Assembly (NCBI GenBank): GCA_017499595.2
Contig: CM039000.1
Location: forward strand, 1,550,001-1,614,000
Direction of reading: 5' to 3'
Origin: Psilocybe cubensis
Lineage: Eukaryota
Length of the DNA: 64,000 bases
In this document: one piece after another, positions 42,702-62,981 of the stretch
How positions within the stretch are numbered: position 1 is the stretch's first letter
How the letters are laid out: each line of letters opens with the position of its first letter
Made by a program: the position numbers and the translations under genes
Notes under the pieces: generated by a model
The model's input: only the letters and a program-made list of their open reading frames with translations
Told to the model about the DNA's origin: nothing
Database searches by the model: none

Positions 42702-44125
42702 TCATGGTTCTTCGCCAATAGGAAACACGATCAAGATTCTGCCTACAGCGATGACCAAACGGGGGATGTTACCAGCTGCCAAAAAGTCAAAGTCGCGAAC
42801 AAAGTGCGGTTTCGGACGGAGGGTAAACACGGTCGGCGGCGCGTGCACGTAGCTGTAATTATGGACATGTACAATGGCGCCTTTTGTAGGAGACTGCGAG
42901 GAGATGGCAAAGTAATCTGGGTGAGTTGGACACCAGCTGTTCGGGTGGACAGTCAAGGCTAGAAACAATCAAGCGAGGAAATGGGCTTACCGGAATATAC
43001 GGCCGCCTTCAGAGAAACTGGGGCCTGTAATATGGGGGAGACCGCCCCTAAGTTTCGAGATATCCCAAATGGCGAATTTTTGGCCAAACACGCCTCCAAC
43101 ACTAGACAAATGTTATTTTTTTACAAAAAAAATAAATGGAAGACGAAGGGACATACACATCCATAGAATCTACTCTCCAATCGACACACGCGGACCACTT
43201 GCCCTGCGCGTCCCTGTTGCCGCCCATAATCTCCCCGGCGAGCTTGACAGGCTCGACGAGCTCAATGACGCTGGAGTGGCGGAGTTCTGCGGCGGAGGCC
43301 TCTTCCTCTGGGTCGGAGCGCCAGTCGACGAGGAAGATGCTGCCGCGGGCGTCGGCGACGATGAACTCTTTGCTCGTCGCGGGGTGGTTGCGGATGGTGG
43401 TGAGCGGGTGCGGGAAGGGGATGACGTATGCGGTGGGCTGGGGCCGGGAGGACATGGGTGGGGACATGGAGATGTCGAGTTCGAGGGCGGGGGAAGGTGT
43501 GCGTGAGCCCTGCGTGGGGTCAACGACGGGGTGTAGGTCCCACACCATGAGCATTTTGTCGTCTGTGTATGATGTTTAGTGGAATATATCGGATGAATGG
43601 GAGTGGATGAACTGACCGGATACAGTCGCGACGTATCGAGAGCTGTCCTCGTCCCAGCCACCGCAGAACACCATGTCGTTGACGCGGCCATGGTGCCCAC
43701 TGAGCCCGCCGCCAAAGGGGAATATGTACTCGGAGCTCGTGGAGGATTTCGTGAGCAGATGCAGGCCAAAGTCAGAGGTGGCAGCGACGAGCCTGGAGGG
43801 GGGTTCAATGGGGTATGTGCGACGCGCAAAAGAGACTCACTCGAGGGTCCATTTCTCGGTCGATGTTGGCGAGGTGGTTTTGGATGACCATGCGAGGGTG
43901 GTTATACGCGATCCGACGTGAAAACACGCGATGCGGCGGCAGGCCGTGTCAGACTAGGAGCAATGAGAGATTGAATTCATCGAACAGAACGAGAACACAT
44001 ACAACTAGGATAACCTCGACCGAGTGTTCCCCGCCAATAGCGATGAGATCCGTCGCGTCTGGGTTGCGACACGGTCTGAGAGCATAAATGTCTGTAGGAT
44101 GTAGAAACTCGAGGTCGATCGGCAT
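42702..44125 (-). CDS. WD40/beta-propeller protein (possibly Nup37-like)
   Basis: ATG at 44125 (MPIDLEFLHPTDIY). WD-like strands GHHGRVNDMVF..VATVSDDKMLMVWDL and IFLVDW. Four plausible GT-AG introns. Orthology not certain. Confidence 0.7.
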
Positions 44126-44412
44126 CGTCGTACGTAGTCAAAAGCCAAGCGTGACTTGGACTTGTTTGCTTTCCATCCACTTTCATGACGGCCGGGCAAC
44201 GCAAAGGCCCCAACCCGTGGCTGCTCGTCGGACTCTCGCTCGCGTCGTTCGCCACGTTCTTTGTCGTCGTCAAGCGCAGGGAACAGACTAACCCGGCGTC
44301 GCTCCAGCCCCGACAGGCCGACCACCCACTCGTGCCTCCCCGTCACAAAGCCTGATTTGATATTTTTTTATTTTAATTTTTCTTTGTTTTTCTCTCTGCT
44401 TCTTTCATCGAT

Positions 44413-45270
44413 ATGGCGCCTACCACCGATACCCCTGTGTTTGACGACAAAAAGGTCACTGTCATCTTTGTCCTCGGAGGGCCTGGTGCAGGTACGTGGC
44501 CCATCCTACAGTTTAACCCATCTAATCTTTTTGCACAGGCAAAGGAACTCAATGCGCCAAACTCGTCGAGGATTTCAACTTTTGCCATCTTTCAGGTTCG
44601 TCACCCAATCTCTCTTACAGGAAACGTACTCAACGAATCCTCTGATCAGCCGGCGACTTGCTGCGTGCAGAGCAGAACCGCGAGGGGTCGCAGTACGGCA
44701 AGCTCATCCAAACGTACATCCGCGAGGGCACGATCGTGCCGATGGAGATCACGATCAAGCTGCTGGAGAACGCGATGGGTGACGCGCTGGGCTCCAAGAC
44801 GGGCGAGGGGTGGGGCGAGGGCAGGGGCCGGTTCTTGATCGACGGGTTCCCGCGCAAGATGGACCAGGCGGTCAAGTTTGACGAGTCGGTGTGCCTGTCT
44901 TCGTTGGTGATCTTTTACTCTACGACGGAAGAGGTTTTGCTCGAACGTCTGACGGAGCGCGGCAAGACGAGCGGGCGTGAGGATGACAATATCGAGAGCA
45001 TCAAGAAACGCTTCCGTGGGTGATTACTTTCATTTTCCTCTGCTCTTCTCATCCGTTGTCTAGGCACGTACCAAAACGATACTATGCCGGTAATCGAATA
45101 CTACAGCGCGCAAGGCAAAGTGGCCGAGGTACGGCAATCTAATGAACGAAATACAAATCTCATAAATGTACATACAGATCGACAGCTCTCCATCTATCGA
45201 AGAGGTGTTTAAGAAATCGACGGGGGTGATCAAGGAAGTATTTGCCGGGAAATATCAGAAAGCTACATAG
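44413..45270 (+). CDS. URA6: UMP-CMP kinase (URA6/uck1)
   Basis: VIFVLGGPGAGKGTQC, HLSAGDLLRAEQ, FLIDGFPRKMDQA, RGKTSGREDDNIESIKKRF. Confidence 0.96.
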
Positions 45271-45287
45271 TTAGTAGATACAAGAAA

Positions 45288-46487
45288 TCAGACAGGGCCA
45301 TAGACGGAAAACGTGTGTGGGGTTTGATCGATGATGCATGCAGCGCGTTCGCCAGGGGATATGCGGTGAACGGCGCCATCTGCGCAGACGAGATGGGCGT
45401 CTTCGTCTTGAGGGTCCTGTTGAAAGTGTTGAGTAATAAGAAGCGAGAGAGAGAGACAAAAATACAGACTGGGAACCACTCCCACCCGCCTGCCCTGAAA
45501 TACTCGATGACGACGGGACCGTCTCCGTTGACTTGGATCTCGCCAGTTGTTGTCTCATAAGTAAAGTTGACGTGTGTGCCGTTCTGATAGGCGGCGCCGA
45601 GGACTTGCCATACTTTTTCGACATACGTTTTCCTTGCGTCGTCGGAATCGTCATTGATCTGGGGATCGCGGAGGGGACGAAGGACGATAATGTCGCAGGT
45701 GGAGGGAGGGGGAGCTATGATGCGGGCGAGAGGGGATATCCTGAAATGGGGCTCGAGACGATCTACGTTGACGGTGGAGAGGAAATAGGCAAAGGGGCCA
45801 TCGAGCTCGAGGTCTGGGCTGGCATCGGGGTGGGGGATGAAGGCGGAGGACTTTGGGTCGTATATCTGTACGCGATCGCCGGGAACGGGGAGGATGCGTG
45901 CGCGTGCGCGATACCACTTTGTGCTGTTCTGCTCTGCGGCGATCTTGAATCTGGGAAAGATGAGATGGGGGGGTAGATTAGATGGATGATAGATACCTTT
46001 CGATACCGGGGTGAGAGCGCCTGAGAGACTCTGAGTGGTGGAGAATATTTGCATGGAGAGCGGTGGATACGACGACAGAGGCGAGAGAGGAGGTTGCAGC
46101 TATAGAGGCGGAGGCGAGCGAGATATGGACAGGGGCAGCGTTGGCGAGAAAGGCGCGGACAGACTGGAGCTTGTACTCGATCTTGTCTAGACCTGCGGGG
46201 GGAAAGAGAGAGGCGTAGAGGGCATTGGCGGTGCCGCAGGGGACGAGGACAAAGGAGATGTTTCTGTGAGGGAGAGCGTTGATGATCTCGTGGAGGGTGC
46301 CGTCGCCGGAAAGGAGGACGATGGTGAGGGGCGCATCTGGGAGATGGTGGATAAAGTTCTCTGCGTCGCCTTGGGCGGTGGTGGTGAAGACATGGTTGAT
46401 GGCGGGGAGGAGAGGGCGGAGATGGTGGTCGAAAAAGAAAGAGGCTTGCCTGTGACCTGAGGCCGGGTTGATGATGGCAACGAGCAT
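45288..46487 (-). CDS. Diacylglycerol/sphingosine kinase catalytic-domain family protein
   Basis: IINPASG, SGDGTLHEIIN, VPCGTANAL and C-terminal VCADG. Two introns. Confidence 0.88.
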
Positions 46488-48581
46488 GTTCAACTACGAC
46501 GACTATCTGTCTGCGTTTTTCTCAAGTCTCTTTCGGTTCTTCGCCTATGTTTTCCTGCAGATCGTATGTTTTATTTATTTCCATCTTCTGCACAGACCTC
46601 TCAGAGAACAACAGATTCCGACCCGGCTAGCCCAGCCCCTGCTGCCTGCGAGCTATCTGCTTTATCTTCTCTCCGCCTTTCCTCCCCAGCCGCAGCCCCC
46701 CACCAACTGGCATGAAAAGAACGCCCAGCCTATTCCACAGAGTCCCCAGCCAAGCGCCCTGGCCGTTCTCCTCTTTTCCCTCCCCACCCCCAGTCGCCTC
46801 CTCTTCTTGCTCAATTTCGCCATAAACACCCTCCTCCTCGCTGCCTCTGCCGACCTCGCCATCTCCCCCTTCTTTGACACTGCCCCAGACGTCGCATTCA
46901 CCCGCGTCGGTGCAGTCTATCCCGACAGTGTCAAGCTCCTCGTCCGCCACCCCTACCCTAACGACTCTCTTGCGGTCCTCTACCGCGAGCAGTCCAACTC
47001 GTCTCTGCCCTGGAAGCCTGGTCCTACCCTCAACCTCACAGAGCACTCTGACTGGGCTCAGACCGTCCGTCTCGCTGGTCTCTGGCCAAGCACCTCCTAC
47101 GAATGTCCGTCTCTCTCTTCTCTCTGCCGTATCTTATCTGATCCCCCCGTCCATAGACGTCATCGCCGACTCTAACCGCACCGCCCTCGACCGCCCCATC
47201 CCTTTCCGCACCTTCCCTGACCCCCGTCTCCACGCCCCCAGCTTCTTCCGCTTCCTCGCCACCTCTTGCATCACCCCCAACTTTCCCTACGCCGGCCCCT
47301 TTCACAGGCGCACCATCCCTGGCTTTGACCATCTCGCAGACTACCTCTATGCCGTCAACCACACCCAATCTCCCATCGAATTTCTACTCTTTCTCGGTGA
47401 CTTTATCTACGCCGATGTCCCTACCTACATTGGTGACGACCAGGAGGCCTATCGTCGTCTCTACCGCCGCAACTATGCCAGCCCAAGTTTCAGAAAGGTC
47501 TATGAACAACTTCGTCAGTCCCTCCCATTTTCTTTTCCTTTCCATCCACTAAACTCCCTCCAGCTATAATATTCGCTTACGACGACCACGAGGCAAGCTT
47601 GTTCCCTTGTAAAAATGCCCTTACTGACATATCCCAGTTCATCAACAACTATGGCGGCAACTCGCTCGACCTACCGCCCTTTGCCAACGCCTCTAATGCC
47701 TACCACATTTACGCCGGTTCCACAAACTACGACGCCCACGAAAACTACTACGACTTCCAGCACGGAGACATCGCCTTTTTCGTCATGGACACCAGACGCT
47801 ACCGCTCTCCTCCCAACACCACCGTCGAACCCAAAACAATGCTCGGGCCCACCCAGCTCGCCGCGCTCCATGCCTGGCTGCACCGCGTCAACACCACCCA
47901 CCCCGCCCCCTTCAAATTCATCGTCTCCTCTGTCCCCTTCACCTCCCTCTGGACCCACGACGCCCAGATCGACTCCTGGGCAGGCTACGCAGACGAAAAG
48001 GCCGCCCTGCTCGCCGCCTTCCACTCCGTCCCCAACCTCATCGTCATCAGCGGCGACCGCCACGAGTTTGGCGCCGTCGAGTTTGCGGTACGAGACGGCG
48101 ACCCTGGCTATGTCGTCAGAGAGTTCTCCACCAGCCCATTGAGCATGTTTTATATTCCTTTTGTACACACCATGAGGGAACGGAGTGAGGCGTTCTTTAC
48201 GCGTAACGTCACTGAAGGCGTCGAGGAAGTGCCGTATGAAAAGAGGATCGCGTACATCCCTACTGGGAACGTCAAGTGGTGCGTATCTGTCCTTTCGCCC
48301 TTTTTTCTAATAACACGCACCACAGGTCCGCGTTTGAAGTCGACACAAGAGACATTGACAAGCCAACTCTACGTCTAGAGACAGTCATCGACGGCAAACC
48401 AGCGTACCAGTGCGTTTAATGGCCCTTTTTCTCGTTCAACGCTGACATTTTCTTCAGCCTCGAAATTGTTGGCACCCCCGTCTACCCACCCGCCGCATTA
48501 TCAGGTCTCAGTTCCCTCGTCACAACAAACGTCAAAGGGATCTTCGACAGAATCGGACTCAGACCCTCCAAATGGTTCTAA
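46486..48581 (+). CDS. PhoD-like alkaline phosphatase family protein with N-terminal membrane anchor
   Basis: LFLGDFIYAD, YDDHE, FFVMDTRRYRS, MLGPTQL, DSWAGY, SGDRHEF, EFSTSPL. Hydrophobic N-terminus. Confidence 0.9.
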
Positions 48582-48655
48582 TTCACGCATTTTTGTATGT
48601 ACGGACACCCCAAGTAGATAATATACATGTTATATAGATTGCATACACAATATTA

Positions 48656-52626
<3,971 letters not shown>

Positions 52627-52774
52627 CGGCGACGGAGTATGGTAGATGGTGAAGGAAGTCGATAAAACGGAATTAGACGCTAGGTCGGGGTTATACAAGA
52701 CACCGGTGTTCCGGAGACCCTGCCAAGAAATCATCGACATCCCACCAATCCTGTGTTTCTTAATCTTGTACAAC

Positions 52775-55597
52775 ATGTCATCTCCACCTCTGAAAGATCT
52801 TGTAGAAGAATGGATAGCGTTGGATCCGGTATGCAACTCTAGCATTATAAAAACCATTCTATGCGTACTCAATGCTCTGGAAGAATCCTGAGACTCGGAA
52901 AGAAATCCAGGATCTATGGGACAGTCGCAACGTAGATGAACTGGAGAAACGTTTGAGGTACTTGAAGTGATAATCTATTCCGAACTGTATCAACATCTAC
53001 TACGAACAGGACACGTATTGAGTTTGGTACTGCTGGTATGTACTTACTGTACTTCCAGTTCCCTAAGCTTATGTTCCATCAAAGGATTGAGAGGCAGAAT
53101 GGAAGCTGGCTGGTCTCGCATGAACGGTTCGCCTGTCAACGATTCAGTGCACTGAAGAACAGACGTTTAATTATATTCAAGATCTCATTATTCTCCAAAC
53201 ATCCCAGGTTCTTTTCTTAAACATTCTATAATCTTCGTCCTACTGATCTAATTGCAAAGGGACTTTCTGATTATGTATTGGAACATGTTAAAGACGCACA
53301 CAATCGCGGCTTAGTCGTTGGTTACGACCATAGACATCACTCTGAACACTGGGCCCAACTTACGGCTGGAATATTTATCTCCAAAGGCATTAAAGTCTAC
53401 CTTCTCCGTGGGTTCAATCATACACCGATGTAAGTGAGACCTGGTCTGATTTGACTCGCTGACTGACCGCTTTCAGGGTACCTTTCAGCGTTAAACAACT
53501 GGGAGCTGCATGTGGTGTTATGATTACAGGTACTTTTTTTCTATACTATGAAAGTTTAAAGTTACGAGACCCATTCCAGCTAGTCACAACCCCAAAGTAA
53601 GAACATATAATAATTTCCTGAACAATCTTAACGCCATAAGCAGCAAGATAACGGATACAAGGTCTACTGGGAAAATGCCGTTCAGGTGAATGGTCTCAGA
53701 AGTACTCTTTTGCCGAAAGCTGATCCATCCTAGATTATCGGTCCTCACGATGACGGTATATCGAAAGCTATCACGTCGCATAGTCATCAAGGAGCACCAG
53801 CAAGCCAATTGGACATATTTCAATCTAACCTTCTTGTCGACATGACGAAACAACTTCAGACCGAATATTTTGAATATCTGGGAAGCCTACTGACTAACCG
53901 GTGCGCTGAAAGCTGTATTCTTTTTGCTCACTCGCTGATAAATCCTCAGAGAGCTCAATTCTGACTCTGGTAATAAGTTTGTAAACACCTCCATGCATGG
54001 CGTCGGTGATTATTTTGTGAAGGAGGGATTTTCAATTTTCGGATTCCCCTCGTACACGCCGGTAATTGAGCAACAGCAACCTGATCCTGAATTTCCTACT
54101 GTGAAGTTTCCAAATCCAGAAGAAAAAGGTAAACGTTTCCATTTCATAACTCTCATTTTACTTACAACTGCTTTACAGGAGCATTGGTAAATATAAACTA
54201 TATCCTTACTTGTTTAACTAGGTTAAATGCCGATAGGACCTTGCTCTGGCGACTGCGGAAAGGGAAGGGATTAACTATGTCTTAGCACAGGATCCTGATG
54301 CAGACAGGTTTACAGCTGCTGAAAGGAGGTGGGAAAACTTCGAAACTTTCCTTTTGACCGAATGAACCTGATAAACGACGGCCAGAGCAACTGGTGGATG
54401 GACCCTCTTCACTGGTGACCAATTAGGCAGTCTGTTTGCAAGCCGAGTATTTGAAACATACAAAGCTTCTGGGAAGCCAATTGAGAAATTAGCAATGGTT
54501 GCTTCTACTGTCAGTTCAAAAATGATTCAGTCGATGGCCGATGTGGAGGGGTTCAAATTTGAGGAGTGTCTTACAGGTATGTCGACATGTGGCTACCGGG
54601 TGCGCTATGCTAACATTGCATTGTCAGGATTCAAGTTCATTGGCAACACGGCGCTCCGCTTAGTGGATCAAGGTTTCGATGTACCATTTGGATACGAAGA
54701 AGCCATTGGATATATGTTTGGCTCGCAAGTCAGAGATAAAGACGGTGTCGCCGCTACGGTGCGTTCCTAAAATATTTATGCGGCACTTCATTTTTCGACG
54801 ACCCACAACAGATGCTTTTCGGAGAGCTTATCGCTGCACTTCGACGTCAAGGGGAAACCGTGGAAGGACATTTAGAGAAACTTTATAAAAGGTTTTAAAT
54901 TTCCTTAGATTATAGTACACATCCCACTGAGTTGAAGCCATACACTATCAGATACGGCTACTTCCAGGTATTTTATCTTTCGTGAACCCTTATGAACTAT
55001 GCATTTACGTCGAATATAGACGAGCAACAGTTACTTCACTTGCACAGACCCCAAGATCACCGACAAGATTTTTGCTCGGTTGCGCAAGTATAATGTAAAC
55101 CCGGTATGTGCTTTTCTGAGCATGATATTCCAGACACTAACTAAACTTTATAGTCGCTATCAGGGGCAGTGTACCCGAAAACCCTTGCTGGCCTTGACAT
55201 CAATAGGGTGATCGACCTGACCACTGGTTACGACAGTGGAAACCCTCCAACTTACAAGCCATCTCTTCCTCTGTCTTCTGGGCATATGATCCAGATCAGG
55301 GCAGGCAACCAGGATACTAGCTTGGTATTAACACTTAGGCATGATATGGTTCCTTGCTCTTTTTTCATGAAAATATACTGACAAAATATTTGTTAGGACA
55401 AGCGGGACTGAACCTAAGGTCTGTCTTTCATTGTAATCGTAGAAAAGAGGTAAATCTGACGGCAACATCAGATCAAATATTATCTAGAGGGGAGTGGCAA
55501 TGATGCTTCACTTGTTCGACAAGTTCTGCCCAAAGCGATCGCTGAAATTTCTAGCCAATGGTTCCAGGCCGACAAATACAATATTTCTCATGCTTGA
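52775..55597 (+). CDS. PGM2/PRM15-type phosphoglucomutase/phosphopentomutase (about 19 exons)
   Basis: Spliced motifs EFGTAGLRG, VVGYDHR, MITASHNP..DNGYKVYW, FPNPEEKGAL, AQDPDADR, LTGFKFIGN, FGYEEAIGY, DKDG, RTSGTEPKIKYY. Confidence 0.92.
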
Positions 55598-55667
55598 GAC
55601 CAATTCCGTTTACTTCTCTAATTATACAATATTATTAGTGTAAATGATATTAATCAGGTCAACTCTT

Positions 55668-57353
55668 TCAATTTGCCACCAAGGATTCCGGGCTTGCCTG
55701 AGCCGTATCGTTATATAGCAACATTTCATCTGCGAATGTGATGTTTTCTATTGCAAACATCTCGATTTTGTGTTCAGGATGGTCATTCTTCCCTTGATTA
55801 AGCCATATCCATTTGTAACCTTTGTGGTAAGCAACAGCGGATCCCCAGCGTATGTTCCATCCTTCTTCAGGATTTGACCACCCGGGCCATTCGTAATATC
55901 GCGCAGATCCATGTAAACAGTTACTATAGTGTGCATTCAACCGTCGAGACAGAGAGTCTGCATTTTTAAAATCACACTTACAAGTGGAGTATCTTGGGGA
56001 GAACAACATGCCCCTAAAAGGAATGGCACAATTAGTTTATATGAGGCTTCAGCGGTCATTGAATATTTACCTCTTGGGGCGTGCCTTTGACATGAGATTG
56101 ACGAGATAATTCTTCTTCTTCTGTTATTGCATCGTCTCCAAGACCAGCCGAATACGTGTCCAATAAGCAAGTCGTGACCTCGTAGTCGTAGGACAAAGGC
56201 TCGAAGAGGTCAGGACGAAAATCTACTATAGCCCACCAGTATCCCTGATCTCCTAAATGCACATTATTGTAGCGCCCATCCTCGCCACTTGGCTCGCCAT
56301 ATTTAGCTTTAAAAGCTTCAGGAGACAGTGCCGGAAAATCGTCGAGTGCACGATAAGCACTGGAGTCCATCAACCGCAACGCCCTTAACTTGTCCAAGTT
56401 AAGCAGCATGATACAAGAACAGATTTTGGATGCGTCATTCCAATCTGGGGCGACTTGATCTGGATGACTGCCCATGACGAACGCTGTTTCAGGTTTTAGT
56501 GTAGTGAAAACATCCCAAAGTAACGATGGATCGCTTATAAAAATAGCGTCAGTGTCAACAAATATGCCCTTCTTCACTGTTGGTGGAAGAATTTCCTGTA
56601 TGAACAATTTCATCAGCCCAGCTAAACGAAAGAGTTGTAGTCAATGAAAAGTGTCCTTTAAAAACAAGACACGTACGTAGACCAGCTGGATGATCCGTAG
56701 CCAGTGTACCCTCCCGATGGATGCGGTCAAGCATGCTCTGCCAAGATGGTTTGTAGAACCAAACCCGAATGCGGTGAAGAGGATATTGAACCAATTCAAG
56801 TCGAGACCTGATTATTTTTTCTGCAGAATCATCGCAGATGATGTGAATGTCAGATGGTCTAGTGTTGTAAAGAATGATGGACTATGGATAGGATGCGCAA
56901 AATCAGAACATGTTATGAGATTGCCAATCCCTTCAGACGAATCACCTTGATTAAAATTGCGCCTTCAAACGCCGAGTCTTCTGACCACATAATAAGTGTA
57001 AAAACAACTGGCTCAGCCACGTTGGTGAAAGGCGTTGTTGTAAGGTTATGGCTCTCTGCAGCAATGAAGTCGAGGGCCGACGTTGGGACCATGCTATCGA
57101 GAAATTCCGCCGAGGGAATGTATTCTCTTAGGGAGACAAGAAAGATTATGGAAGTAAAGATAACCGCCAAAAACAACGATCTACGTCGTTGATTATTGAG
57201 GCAGAGAGCTTCGAAGAGGATGGCGAAGAAACCAGGCCTAGGTGTGCTGCCAGATATTCCATAAAATATAGATTGTAACGGCGGTACAGGGAATTTCACA
57301 TACCTGGCGTCATTGAGCTCATCATATGAGTCGTAAGACTCAACGTTCGACAT
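55668..57353 (-). CDS. Glycosyltransferase family 8-like type II membrane protein
   Basis: N-terminal TM helix, LIKSIVIF..HLHIIC, LMKLFIQEILP, DTD (DxD) motif, and HLGDQG. Confidence 0.8.
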
Positions 57354-58148
57354 AGAGAAATGACCCACCAAACTGGAACACAAATCAAAATGAGCGATTT
57401 GGGATCACGAACAGAATTTATATGCAGTGCGCCGAACCCGTCAGCCACCACCACCGTGATCAAGGGGTGGTCATGTATTTGACTTCCAAAGTTGGATTTG
57501 TAACGACCATAGGCCCATCCTTCACTCTAATAATGGAGTTCAACAACAGATAATCAAGAAATTGGACCAGTCAAAGAATATAAATACTAGATTTTGGAGC
57601 AGCGATAGGCATTGAACACGAAGATGCAGCTTTAACAACCGACAAAACCGAGACGGATGAATGAGTATGATCACTCCGCACCGCAAATTTGCAACCTCGG
57701 TAACCGTAAGGAGCTATGAGCGCCTTTAAACATCACTATCCTTGGAATATTGGCTAACTGAACACCCCAAAACCACTTCTTGTCTTTGGGATCGACAATG
57801 TCTTTGATCACTGGAAAACAATGCGGGCGGAAGATTGGAGCCTGGCCTTACGCCACAGTTCAGCGAAAGTCAATAGAAGTTTTTTTCTTTCGAAAATACT
57901 CTTGGTCAATGCATACGTCGCCCCTATTCGTTGAAAGTACAGATGATCGTTCATTCCTGTTACAAAACACCTGCGCTGTCAACGCGGAAATTACACAGAA
58001 AGAATATTTGTAGGAAGTAAATACGTAATGGAGACTACACCAGTTTACTTGGTAAATTTTTGATGTGGCCCGTTTCAAGCACGACGGTATGCGGCAGCGT
58101 TGAGAAATGCACTTAGATAATCAGGAGGGCGTCTATTTGAGTTAGCCC

Positions 58149-61034
<2,886 letters not shown>

Positions 61035-61537
61035 TGGGTTTGGTTTTGTCGTCCGCTTCAAGGTTGCAACTGAAACTGTGAACAATGATGATGGCGGGCC
61101 GTGACCTGATGTTAGCCGGAATGTCCACTGAGTCTTGGTTTTGCAGAGAAAAAATGCTGTAATTACATTCAATGATATCTGGAGTACACCTATAGAAGGT
61201 AGGCCTCCAAAAGTCTGTTTAGGAGTCAAGGTACACGTAGAACGAATTAATAAAAAAATCGTAGCAATGCAAGAATTCCAGACCTAATAGTCTATACTAA
61301 AGGTTTGCTATCATGATGTCCATTTGACCTGGTAGCAGTATCCACAAAGACTCAACTACATACAACTACTTACCGACCCTATACTTGCGGTAGAGCATGA
61401 AACTGTTGAAACCGAAAGAAATAAAATAAAGAAAGGTGTGAGAAAAGATCGTTGGGCGCCTGAGCAGGCGGGGCAAGAAAACACATGTGGTCGACTACAT
61501 CATATAAACCCTGAATATACTGAAGGCCGAGGTGAAA

Positions 61538-62493
61538 TCAAACAAAGCCCCTCCCGCCTCGTTTAGCGTCAATTTTCTTGAATCTCTCGTCTTCGTTCCT
61601 CTGTAAATTCTGTGAACAAAAGAGGTTCCGGTCATGGTAAAGTAGCGTACCTTTTTGATCACACAGATGGTTGCAAGTAAGAGACAAAGCACAATTGCCA
61701 TGAATCCATACGCCTAGATAGAATGTAAATTTCGAAACAAATTTGAAGTTAGTTTGAATTCACCGTCCTGGAATGAAGATATGCAAAAGCCGTTAATTTA
61801 TATAAGAGCGAAGACAGAGCATCATCACTCACGTAAACACATTATTCAAAGTAACATCAGCAAAACCAGTTACGGGAGTAACACAGAAGTTTGAGGTGAC
61901 ATTGGGATTCAAGCCATTGACAACGTCTTGTGATGTGCAGAAGGAACCACCTATTTCCGCAAAATCGGTACCATTAAAATATCCACAGCACTTGAACTAG
62001 CAAAAATAATGATAAGATCAACCAGTGTCAAGGAGATGAGAGGAAAGACAGCACCTTGTCTTGAAGGAACAGACGGTCATCCCGCGAGGCCGCCTTCCAG
62101 AGGACATAGAAGTTGGCACGCTCCCTCAAAGTGTATATCCACACAAATGAACCGATAATCAAGACACCGATAGCATCTACGAGCAGTGTCCAGTTGAGAA
62201 TAACGAGTCCGAGGGTGACATGGTTTCTTTGAATAATGGCGCCTACTGATATCGCGAAAGTGATCAAAAATGCGACACCCAAAATTGTGCCCGCTAACAG
62301 AGAGAGGGGTATAAGCAGACAGTGTTGTTATCCAAGGAAAGCTCGCACCAGTGAGATCAGCGGATGACAAGACCATATTCATGAGGACATTGGGAGCACG
62401 CCAGACAATGGACAGGGCAACAGAGAGAGCACCGGCGACTAAAAGACAAAAATCAAGGGCGACCCAAACACCCATCAATGTTCTGGAGACCAT
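61538..62493 (-). CDS. Fungal tetraspanin (Pls1 family)
   Basis: Four hydrophobic helices, LQDKFKCCGY in the large loop, and C-terminal ERFKKIDAKRGGRGFV. Confidence 0.88.
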
Positions 62494-62981
62494 GTTTACT
62501 GTAAAGCAAAAGTCAGCGAATCTACAGAGAAATTGGTGTGGAATATGACGCACGACTTGAAAGCAGGGGAAAAGAAGGTAACTCTTTCAAAGAGACTTTT
62601 CAAGGAATCCGAGAGAAGAAAAGTGAAGACGTTCAACGCCTCCTCGCGCTTGCGCAAAGAACAGGCCAAAGAAAAGAAAGGAAAGGTGGAGACAAAGAGA
62701 AAGACGGCGAGTGGCCTTTCAAGTGATTACAACGATCAATAGACACTTGTCACAATGGTCTAGGTAGGGTCGTTATGGCTACATTGTGATAGTCACGGTC
62801 ACAAAACGACCGCCTCCCAATCTAACATGACCAAGCAGCTGAGGTAATCAGCGCGATCGAGTCAACTGGTGCACAGCCGTTCGGTGCTAAACTTGAACCT
62901 TTATTAACTCAGCGCCGCACTGCCTGCATACTTTTCAACTTTTACTCAAACCACCACCACCACATACCATCTCATATAACC

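Noticed and set aside
43069-48168. Many long antisense or alternative-frame ORFs over the WD40, kinase and PhoD genes
   Set aside because: Explained by high GC3 and scarcity of stop codons; low-complexity translations.
57354-58148. Small ORFs or an RNA gene between GT8 and DHX35
   Set aside because: No motif, tRNA fold or splice pattern could be supported. No tRNA or rRNA gene was recognised anywhere in the window.
62533-62742. Lys/Glu-rich short ORFs upstream of the tetraspanin
   Set aside because: Reverse complement of a CT-rich 5' leader/intron region of the tetraspanin gene; no ATG-led coding signal.
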